This document shows, piece by piece, positions 15,186 through 22,515 of a DNA stretch of 24,000 nt. The stretch is from positions 248,165-272,164 of the forward strand of contig JAXHLR010000004.1 in the NCBI GenBank assembly GCA_034521975.1. Reading direction: 5' to 3'. The stretch is from Acidimicrobiales bacterium. GTDB taxonomy: Bacteria; Actinomycetota; Acidimicrobiia; Acidimicrobiales; SKKL01. Positions within the stretch are counted from its first letter, which is position 1, and each line of letters starts with the position of its first letter. The notes beneath the pieces were generated by a model. The model was not told the DNA's origin. It ran no database searches and saw only the letters and a program-made list of their open reading frames with translations. The translations under genes were made by a program, and so were the position numbers.

Positions 15186-15767
15186 ATGGAACCGCGCACC
15201 GATCTGAAGCTGGACGCTCCCCTGGAGATGGCCAACTGGCGCCCGGTGGTGCACTGGCTGCTGGTGCTCCCCCACATGATCATCGCCGGCGCGCTCAGTT
15301 CGCTCGGCAGCGCGGTGGCGCTGGTCAGCTGGTTCATCATCGTGTTCACCGGAGAGCTCCCCGACGGGCTGGCCAAGCTCCAGTGCCTGGTGATCCGGTA
15401 CCAGGCGCGCGCCTACAGCTACCTGCTGTGGCTGCGCGAGCCATACCCCGCCTTCGACTTCTCGATGACCGAGGACGAACCAGGGGGCGACCCGCTGTCG
15501 GTCACGATCCGGCCGCAGCTGACCGACCGCAACCGCCTCACCGTGGGTCTGCGGTTCATCTGGGTGATCCCCATCGCCATCTTCCTCGCGCTGGTCATCC
15601 TCGTGGGCTACGTGGTGGCCTTCGTCGGGTTCTTCGTCGTGCTCTTCACCGGGCGCTGGCCCGAGGGGCTGCGCGACTTCCTCGTGGGCGTGATGCGTGT
15701 GGGTACACGGGTGACCGCCTACTGCTACCTGCTCGACGACGACTACCCGCCGTTCTCGCTCGACTGA
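15186..15767 (+). CDS. DUF4389-domain membrane protein
   Basis: The duplicated pattern (VSWFIIVFTGELPDGL... and VGFFVVLFTGRWPEGLRDF..., then YPPFSLD) matches DUF4389. GGAGG lies 6 nt upstream of the ATG. The gene starts 36 bp after the GGDEF stop. Confidence 0.8.
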   Translation: MEPRTDLKLDAPLEMANWRPVVHWLLVLPHMIIAGALSSLGSAVALVSWFIIVFTGELPDGLAKLQCLVIRYQARAYSYLLWLREPYPAFDFSMTEDEPGGDPLSVTIRPQLTDRNRLTVGLRFIWVIPIAIFLALVILVGYVVAFVGFFVVLFTGRWPEGLRDFLVGVMRVGTRVTAYCYLLDDDYPPFSLD

Positions 15768-18700
15768 TCGCCCGTCGGCACCAACCGATACCTCGCGCCC
15801 CGCTTGATGCCGTCCTGTTCCACCACGCCATCGGCGACGAGGGACCTGATGAGGGCTCCCCAACGGCGCTCGTTGACGCCACTGCGGTCGAGGACCTCGG
15901 ACTTGGCCCGCCACTCGGTCGTGGAGAGCGCCCGGACGAGTCGGTCGCGGTCGTCGTCGGCGAGACCGGGGAGCCGTTCCGCCGAGGCGTCGTCGCTCCC
16001 CGCTCGGCGCGCCGCCGGCGTGCCTGGGGGCGGAGCAGGCACCGATGGCGGCGGGGAGGCGGCAGCATCGGCCTGGCCGATGTAGGTGACCGTGGCCGGC
16101 GCCTCGGCCGGTCGTGAGGCCAGCTGGGTGACCAGCACCTGCTGGTCACCCAGACGGGCCCGGGCAAGCTCGACGGTGTGGGGATGGTGGGTGAGCACAA
16201 CGACCTGGGTGTGCTGGGCGAGCTCGCCCAGCGCCTCGAGCGCGGCGGAGCTGCGGTGGTCGTCGAAGTGCACGAGCACGTCGTCGACGACGACCGGGAC
16301 GGGCCCGAGGGAGTGGAGGTGGTGCTCGATGCCCGCCAGCCGAAGGGCCAGCCAGAGCTGGTCGAGGGTGCCATCGGACAGGGCAGCGGGATAGAGGCGC
16401 GAGCCGTCGGCCCGGAGCGCGACGGCGTGGTTCTGGTCGCCGTGAGCCTCGACCTCGAGCCCGGTGTAGCTGCCGTTGGTGAGCACGGCGAAGTAGTGGC
16501 TGGCACGAGCCAGCAGCTGGTCGTGCCGACCAGACCCCGCGTCGGCCACCACCTGTTCGAGCAGGCCGTGGGCCACCCGCAGAACGGCGTACTCCTCGAC
16601 GGCCTCGCCCAGCTCGGCGAGGATCTCCTGTCGGCGGGTTTCGATGTCGGTCGCGGCATCGCCGCCGTCGATCCGGTCGAGGTCGACCTCGAGCTGGCCG
16701 AGCTGGCGGCTGAACCGTTCGACCTCGGTGTCGTGCCGCTGCAGCTGCTCGTCGAGGTCGGTCAACCGCCCCGCGAGCGCGGCGTCGTCGCCTGCGGCTC
16801 GGCTCCGGTCGAGCAGTGCATCGAGATCGAGGCCACCGCCCGACTCGACGACCAGCGCCTCGTTGTCGTCGAGCTGCCGGCGCAGCTCGACGACCTGCGC
16901 CGAGCGTTCACTGACGTCGGGGAGCGCGTCCGCGTCGACGCCGAGCTGTCGCGCCAGCTCGTCGAGCTCGTGCTGGTGGCGGTCGCGCTCGGCACCGGCC
17001 ACCTGAAGCTGTTCCTCGAGCTGGTCGAGTTGCGACGAGAGGTCGTCGCGCAGCTGGCGATCGCGACGTTGGCGGTCACGCAGGTCGCGCAGCGCCGCGA
17101 TGGCGTCGTCGGCGCGGCGGTGGGCGGCGGACCCGAGCAGTGACAGCAACGGTTCGAGCCGTTCGCGAACCTCGGCGACCCGGTGCCTGGCCTCGCCCAG
17201 GCGGGCCTCGTCGGCTCGCCGCTCATCGGCCGCGGTCAGTAGCTCCTGGGCCCGGGCCCGCAGCGAGGGCAGGGCAGCGTCGGGACCTGCCGTCTCGCCG
17301 ATGCCCGCCAGCGCGGCGCGGATCCGCTCGGTGGCGACGCCGACCGCGTCGCGGCGGGTGCCGGCTTCGGCTCCGACCTGGTTCCAGGACGCGATGAGCT
17401 CGCAGACCTTCCCCCACTCGCTGCGCCACGCCACACCCTCGCCCGGATCCTCCGGGGTGGTGCCGACCGACCGCCACAGGCCGGTCCACGCGTGAGCAGC
17501 TTCGCGGACCTCGGCGTCGAGGGCGTCGATGTCGCCTTCGAGGCGCGCGACCTCCGAGCGAGCACCGGCCTCGGTGGCCTGCAGCGCGCCCAGCTGGGTG
17601 GCCCGGTCGGTGTCGGCCATGAGGTCGTCGACCACGGTGTCGCTCGCTGCGATCCGGTCGGCGACCAGGTCGGCCACCTCCTCGGCGTTGCGGGCGGGGT
17701 CGTCGCCGGGATGGACCTCGCCGACGAGGCGGGCCCTGGCCAACGCCCACGCCTGGTCGCGCTCGGCGCGGACGGCGTGCAGGTGGTCGATGCTGGGAAC
17801 GTCGCCGCCGGCGCGCAGCTCGGCGATCTCCGCGGTGGTGGTGTCGAGGTGCCGGCGGGTCTTGTCGAGCTGGGCGAGGAGGTGCTGGCGCTGTGCCCGA
17901 CGCTGTTCGGCGCCGGACCTGGCCTCGTCGATGGCGGCCTCGCTGGGGACGTCGAGGGCGAGCACCTCGTCGCGATCGCCCGCGGCGAGCCCGAGGCGGG
18001 TGAGGCGGGTGGTGATGTCGGCGTCGAGGCTGGCGAGGCGCCGGTCGGTCTCGGCGAGGCCATCGAGGGCCGCGGCGGCGCCCTCGGTGTCGGTCATCGC
18101 TTCGCGGAGCACGCGGAGGTCGCCCGCGCTGGGGGCATCGGCGAGGGCACGGTCGAGTCGGTCGATGTCGGCCAGGTCGGTGCGGAGCTGGGTGAGGCGT
18201 TCGGCCAGGTGCTCGATCTCGGCCTCGACCCCGAGCGCCGAGTCGTCGGCGGGCACCTCGTCGTGCTGGCGGCGGACACGGGCGACCTCGGCGCGCAGCT
18301 CGTCGATGCGGTTGACCGCGCCGCTCCGGCCGTCGAGCGCGGCATCGATGGCCTGGGCCTGGGCCGAGGTCGCGACCGGACCGGCAGCCAGGAGGTCGAC
18401 GAGTTGGTGTTCGAGTCCGGATCGCTTGACCAGCATCGGTGCGATGGATCGCAGCCGCTGGATGTCGTGGCGCTCGGTGGCGACCCCGACCTTGGCCCGA
18501 CGAAGCTCCTCGAGGCGGTCGAGGGCGTGTCGCCGCTGGTCGGTGAGCTCGGCCCAGGTGTCGGCCGAGACCGCCACCGCTTGGAGCTCGGTCTCGACCT
18601 CGCGCAGATCGGCCAACAGCTCGTTGATCCTGCGCCGCTTCGCCTTGGGGGCGAACAGGGCCTCGTACCCACGCTGGAGCACGTCGAGGGTGTCGTGGAC

Positions 18701-19156
18701 GGCTCGACCCCCCAGCGCGGCGCCGAAGAGGATCGCGCCGAGCGAACCGTCGGCCTGGAGCAGCTGCGACCCGTAGGCACGCAGTTCGTGGTGTCCGAGA
18801 CTGAACAGGGTGTCGAACAGCTCCGGGGTGACCTCGAACAGCTTGGCCAGCTCGTCGGCATCGATCGCCCGACCGTGTGCGTCGCGTGGCTCGCGCCCCC
18901 CGTGGCGGACGAGCCGGCCGGGATCACCGACACCCGAGGTGTAGTCGAGCCGGAGCCGCACCGCTGCCTTGGGCGTGCCCTGGACCGAGGCCCCGGCGAC
19001 CCCGAACAGGGCGGCCCGCACCCCCGCCCGGATCGTGGACTTGCCGGCCTCGTTGGGCCCGACCACGAACCTGAGCGCCCCCGGTGGCGTGCCCAGCTCG
19101 ACCCGGTGGTCGCGGAGGTGCCCGAAGTGCTCGAGGGTCAACGTCTCGAGGCGCAT
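15743..19156 (-). CDS. SMC/Rad50-like AAA ATPase (YhaN-type) with C-terminal winged-helix-like extension
   Basis: It starts MRLETLTLEHFG with Walker A GPNEAGKST. A helical region of about 750 aa follows, rich in Ala, Leu, Arg, Asp and Glu. Then come the signature LSDGTLDQL, Walker B VPVVVDDVLVHFDD and VLTHH. The ATG at 19154-19156 overlaps the upstream stop (TGATG). The track ORF's extra 226 N-terminal aa are Arg/Pro-rich junk overlapping the nuclease gene. Confidence 0.85.
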   Translation of the reverse strand: MRLETLTLEHFGHLRDHRVELGTPPGALRFVVGPNEAGKSTIRAGVRAALFGVAGASVQGTPKAAVRLRLDYTSGVGDPGRLVRHGGREPRDAHGRAIDADELAKLFEVTPELFDTLFSLGHHELRAYGSQLLQADGSLGAILFGAALGGRAVHDTLDVLQRGYEALFAPKAKRRRINELLADLREVETELQAVAVSADTWAELTDQRRHALDRLEELRRAKVGVATERHDIQRLRSIAPMLVKRSGLEHQLVDLLAAGPVATSAQAQAIDAALDGRSGAVNRIDELRAEVARVRRQHDEVPADDSALGVEAEIEHLAERLTQLRTDLADIDRLDRALADAPSAGDLRVLREAMTDTEGAAAALDGLAETDRRLASLDADITTRLTRLGLAAGDRDEVLALDVPSEAAIDEARSGAEQRRAQRQHLLAQLDKTRRHLDTTTAEIAELRAGGDVPSIDHLHAVRAERDQAWALARARLVGEVHPGDDPARNAEEVADLVADRIAASDTVVDDLMADTDRATQLGALQATEAGARSEVARLEGDIDALDAEVREAAHAWTGLWRSVGTTPEDPGEGVAWRSEWGKVCELIASWNQVGAEAGTRRDAVGVATERIRAALAGIGETAGPDAALPSLRARAQELLTAADERRADEARLGEARHRVAEVRERLEPLLSLLGSAAHRRADDAIAALRDLRDRQRRDRQLRDDLSSQLDQLEEQLQVAGAERDRHQHELDELARQLGVDADALPDVSERSAQVVELRRQLDDNEALVVESGGGLDLDALLDRSRAAGDDAALAGRLTDLDEQLQRHDTEVERFSRQLGQLEVDLDRIDGGDAATDIETRRQEILAELGEAVEEYAVLRVAHGLLEQVVADAGSGRHDQLLARASHYFAVLTNGSYTGLEVEAHGDQNHAVALRADGSRLYPAALSDGTLDQLWLALRLAGIEHHLHSLGPVPVVVDDVLVHFDDHRSSAALEALGELAQHTQVVVLTHHPHTVELARARLGDQQVLVTQLASRPAEAPATVTYIGQADAAASPPPSVPAPPPGTPAARRAGSDDASAERLPGLADDDRDRLVRALSTTEWRAKSEVLDRSGVNERRWGALIRSLVADGVVEQDGIKRGARYRLVPTGDQSSENGG

Positions 19157-20397
19157 CAGCCACGCCCCTGGAGGTGGGCGACGAGCCGCTCGCGCGCGGC
19201 GGGAAGGTAGCGGCGGACCACGGCGGGGCTGGTGAGCGACGACGGCACCTCGTCGTCGGGCATCAGCGCGAGGGCCCCGCTGACCCGCTGTTGCAGCGGC
19301 GACAGCAGCTCGGCGAGGTGCGCCACCGCGTCGTCGTCGGTGGCCGCGGCGTCGACCGAGCCGACGACGGCGGCGATCGCCTCGCTGGAGATCGGCGGTG
19401 GTTCGCCCAGCAGATTCGTTCGCACGGCGAGCTTCTCGAGCCAGATGTCGCCGTCGGAGCGGTGGGCGAGGTCGGCCACGACCTGGGTGCGGAGGTGCTC
19501 GATGCGAGGGGGCGGCCCGTCGCCGGCGAGCTCGACCCGCACCGCCAGCGGTCGTCCCGCCTGCTCCCACTCGTCGACGACCCGATCGACCACCGCCGCG
19601 GCCATGGCATCGAGGTCGTCGAGGCCGCCGCGGTCGACCGTCACCCGGGCCCACCGGACCACGTCGACGGGCACGTGCTCGACCGACCGCACGGCCTCGC
19701 CGTCGGTGTCGATGATGCTCACCGTCTTCTCGCCGGGCTCGCGGGCGTGGCGACCCTGGGTGTTGCCGGGAACGAGGAGGTGAGTGCCGTCGACCTCGAG
19801 ATGCTCGCGGGCGTGCACGTGACCCAGCGCCCACAAGGCGTAGCCCTTGGCGGCGAGCTCACCGGGGGTGCAGGGCGCGTAGCGGGCATGGCCCTCGCGA
19901 CCATCGAGAGAGGTGTGCAACAACCCGACGTTGACCACCCCAGGGACCGGAGCCGGGTAGCCGGCAGCGAGGTCGGTGGTGGTGGCCGCGGTGGCATAGC
20001 TCTGGCCGTGGACGGCGAGGGGCAGATCGTCGGACACCACGGTGGTGGGTCCGTCGACGCCGAAGACGTGCACCCCGGGAGGGGGTTGGATCCGATGGGT
20101 GATGACCGAATCGGCGTCGTGGTTCCCGTGGACGATGAACACCTCGATGCCCGAGTCGACCAGACGACCGAGCTGGCGGTTCCACCACAGGCCGGTGTTG
20201 GCGTCCTTCCAGCGGCCATCGAAGATGTCGCCCCCGACGAGGACGACATCGACCTGACGGTCGAGGGCCAGCTGCACCAGGTTCTCGGCCGCGCGCCGGG
20301 TCGCCGAGCGCATCCGCTCGACGGGTGCACCCTCGTAGCGGGTGAGACCGACCATGGGGCTGTCGATGTGCAGGTCGGCGCAGTGCAACAGCTTCAT
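19156..20397 (-). CDS. Metallophosphoesterase DNA-repair exonuclease (SbcD/Mre11-like, YhaO-type)
   Basis: MKLLHCADLHID, GGDIFD, VHGNHD and GHVH are the calcineurin-like phosphoesterase motifs I-IV. ATG 20397 is preferred because GGAGG lies 9 nt upstream; the track begins at GTG 20403. Confidence 0.9.
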   Translation of the reverse strand: MKLLHCADLHIDSPMVGLTRYEGAPVERMRSATRRAAENLVQLALDRQVDVVLVGGDIFDGRWKDANTGLWWNRQLGRLVDSGIEVFIVHGNHDADSVITHRIQPPPGVHVFGVDGPTTVVSDDLPLAVHGQSYATAATTTDLAAGYPAPVPGVVNVGLLHTSLDGREGHARYAPCTPGELAAKGYALWALGHVHAREHLEVDGTHLLVPGNTQGRHAREPGEKTVSIIDTDGEAVRSVEHVPVDVVRWARVTVDRGGLDDLDAMAAAVVDRVVDEWEQAGRPLAVRVELAGDGPPPRIEHLRTQVVADLAHRSDGDIWLEKLAVRTNLLGEPPPISSEAIAAVVGSVDAAATDDDAVAHLAELLSPLQQRVSGALALMPDDEVPSSLTSPAVVRRYLPAARERLVAHLQGRG

Positions 20398-20494
20398 GAT
20401 CACAATCCTCCATGACCGGGTGGTCCGGGCGGGTGATGCCCATGGACGAACCCTACGGAGGGGGTGTGACAGCCAAGATGACGCTGGGGAAGTA

Positions 20495-20545
20495 CTCGGC
20501 TCGGCTCGGCCCGACCGACCGACCGACCGACCGGCCGGACCGGGC
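20495..20545. repeat. Compound microsatellite: (CTCGG)x3 then (CCGA)x5 then CCGG-CCGG-ACCGGG
   Basis: Read directly: CTCGGCTCGGCTCGG at 20495-20509 and CCGACCGACCGACCGACCGA at 20511-20530. It lies in the intergenic gap between the MTHFR-like stop and the nuclease promoter region. Confidence 0.85.
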
Positions 20546-20556
20546 GGATCGGACCG

Positions 20557-21336
20557 TCAGTGCTCGAGGAGGGTCTCGAGGCGGGCGGCGACCCGCTGGT
20601 AGGCGGCGATGGGGATGAGGTGGGCACCGGTGAAGCCGCCGTGGTCGCGGATGGCCGCGAGATGCTCGCAGGCCAGGTCCACCCCGGCGGTGGGATCGCG
20701 GTCGAGGGCGGCGAGCCAGGACTCGGGGGCTGCCAGTTGGGGGACCCGCTCGCCGAGCTTTCGCGCCTGGGCCGCGCTGGCGGGAACCATGACCCCGGCA
20801 TAGATCGGGCCGTCGTAGTCGACGGTGTCCCGCCATGCCGCCAGGTCGTCGATCGAGTAGGACACCTGCACGAAGAGCGCGTCCGCCTCCTTCTTCCAGG
20901 CAGGAACTGGTCCGAGCCCGGTGGCGACACCGGCGCGCATGTTGCGACCCTCCATCGCTGGGGTGTCGGCGAAGGTCCGCAACTCGTCGAGCATCGACCG
21001 GACGGTGAGCTGTGCGGTGCGCTGTCCCGTGGTGGGTCGGTCGCCGAACACGAAGAGGAACTCGTCGACGCCGTAGGCCGAGGCGGTGAGCAGATCACGC
21101 CGGAACCCCAGCAGGTTCCGGTCGCGGGCGTTGATGGCGGCGACAGCTCGGCTCCCCATGCGCTCCACCTCGTGGGCCACGGCGATGCTCGACACGGTGG
21201 CCCGACCGATGTGGTTGTCCGGGATCAGGAACCGCGACGACACGCTGTTCATCACCCCGGCCTCTCTCCGCACGTGGGTGAGGTCGGGCTTGGTCGCTGG
21301 TTCCAGTTCACAGATGATCTCGAAGGTTCGCGCCAT
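20557..21336 (-). CDS. Methylenetetrahydrofolate reductase-like protein (short, non-canonical actinobacterial type)
   Basis: The starting FEIICELEPATKPDL, then RFLIPDNHIGRATVSSIA and later VQVSYSIDDL resemble the MTHFR TIM-barrel family. The start is ATG 21336 or GTG 21384; neither has a clear SD. Confidence 0.7.
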   Translation of the reverse strand: MARTFEIICELEPATKPDLTHVRREAGVMNSVSSRFLIPDNHIGRATVSSIAVAHEVERMGSRAVAAINARDRNLLGFRRDLLTASAYGVDEFLFVFGDRPTTGQRTAQLTVRSMLDELRTFADTPAMEGRNMRAGVATGLGPVPAWKKEADALFVQVSYSIDDLAAWRDTVDYDGPIYAGVMVPASAAQARKLGERVPQLAAPESWLAALDRDPTAGVDLACEHLAAIRDHGGFTGAHLIPIAAYQRVAARLETLLEH

Positions 21337-21416
21337 CGGGCCAGGGTAACGAGTGGGACCCACCCCGCCGGAACCCTCCGACACCCGGCCAAACGGGACA
21401 TGATCTACTGAAGGCC

Positions 21417-22499
21417 GTGAACCCGGGCTCGATGCTCACCTTCGCCGCGGGGGTCGCGGTCCTGATCCTCGGCGCCGAGCTGCTGGTGCGGGGGGCGACC
21501 AGGATCGCGACCCGCACCGGCCTGTCGTCGGTGGTGATCGGCCTCACCGTGGTGGCCTTCGGCACCTCGACCCCCGAGCTGGCGGTGAGCGCCAGCGCCG
21601 CCCTCGACGGCAACGGCGACATCGCCATCGGCAACGTGGTCGGCAGCAACATCGTCAACGTGCTGCTGATCCTGGGGATCTCGGCGGTGATCGGCGGCGG
21701 CCTCGTCGTGGCCCAGCGGATCGTGCGCATCGACGTGCCCCTGATGATCGGCGCAGCCCTGCTGGTGATGGGGCTGTCCACCGGCGGGGTCATCTCCCGA
21801 CCCGAGGGGCTGATCCTCGCGGGACTCCTGCTCGCCTACACCGTCTGGACGGTGCGCAGCGCCCGGCGGGAAGACCCGGCGATCGTCGCCGAGTACGACG
21901 ACGCGTTCGATCCCGACACCTTGCGGCGAGCTCCGGTGGTGGCCGATGTGGCGTTGGTGCTCGTCGGCCTGACCGCCCTCATCACCGGTGGGCGCTGGCT
22001 GGTGAGCGCCGCGAGCACCATCGCCACCGACCTCGGGGCCAGCGATCTCATCATCGGCCTCACCGTCGTCGCCGCCGGCACCTCCATGCCGGAGCTGGCC
22101 ACGTCGGTCATCGCCGCGCTCCGGGGCGAGCGCGACATCGCGGTCGGCAACGTCGTGGGCTCGAACCTGTTCAACCTGCTGGGCGTGCTCGGCGTCAGCG
22201 CCGCGCTGGCACCGCAGGGCCTCGCGGTCCTCGACTCGGCCCGCTCGTTCGACCTGCCGGTGATGACCGTGGTCGCGGTCGCCTGCCTGCCGGTGTTCGT
22301 CAGCGGGCACCTCCTCACCCGCTGGGAGGGCGCGGTCTTCGTCGCCTACTACCTCGCCTACGTGACCTACCTGGTGCTCGACGCGGTCGACGCCACCTCC
22401 TTCGAGCCGTTCCGGATCGCGCTCGTGGCCTTCGTCGCTCCCCTCACGGTCTTGACCCTGGTGGTGGTCGCGGTGCGCGGCCGACGACCCGTGATCTGA
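21417..22499 (+). CDS. CaCA-family calcium/sodium antiporter (YrbG-like)
   Basis: Both alpha-repeat signatures are present: GLTVVAFGTSTPELAVS...GNVVGSNIVNVLLILG and GLTVVAAGTSMPELATS...GNVVGSNLFNLLGVLG. The start is GTG 21417 or ATG 21432. Confidence 0.9.
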   Translation: MNPGSMLTFAAGVAVLILGAELLVRGATRIATRTGLSSVVIGLTVVAFGTSTPELAVSASAALDGNGDIAIGNVVGSNIVNVLLILGISAVIGGGLVVAQRIVRIDVPLMIGAALLVMGLSTGGVISRPEGLILAGLLLAYTVWTVRSARREDPAIVAEYDDAFDPDTLRRAPVVADVALVLVGLTALITGGRWLVSAASTIATDLGASDLIIGLTVVAAGTSMPELATSVIAALRGERDIAVGNVVGSNLFNLLGVLGVSAALAPQGLAVLDSARSFDLPVMTVVAVACLPVFVSGHLLTRWEGAVFVAYYLAYVTYLVLDAVDATSFEPFRIALVAFVAPLTVLTLVVVAVRGRRPVI

Positions 22500-22515
22500 C
22501 CGGAAGGCCCGGGAC

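Noticed and set aside
19157-19834. The 226-aa N-terminal extension of the ATPase ORF (track start at 19834).
   Set aside because: The extension is Arg/Pro/Gly-rich and overlaps the nuclease gene out of frame. The canonical Rad50-like N-terminus (MRLETLTLEHFG, with Walker A 33 residues later) begins at 19156, with stop/start coupling.
15743-20397. Reading the nuclease/SMC-like ATPase pair as a phage-defence system (Lamassu-, Wadjet- or Septu-like).
   Set aside because: The domain content matches the widely conserved YhaO/YhaN (SbcCD-like) repair pair rather than any defence architecture I know. No additional defence-type genes, mobile-element genes or compositional break flank it. It is kept as a finding only for the unusual C-terminal domain.
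17492-20415. Long plus-strand ORFs (17492-19210, 17529-18776, 19084-20415).
   Set aside because: They are antisense to the ATPase and nuclease genes. They are shadow ORFs with no motifs.
20412-20618. A 68-aa plus-strand ORF spanning the microsatellite (translates as ...PTDRPTDRPDR...).
   Set aside because: The repetitive peptide is just the tetranucleotide repeat read in frame. The ORF overlaps the MTHFR-like 3' end and has no SD.
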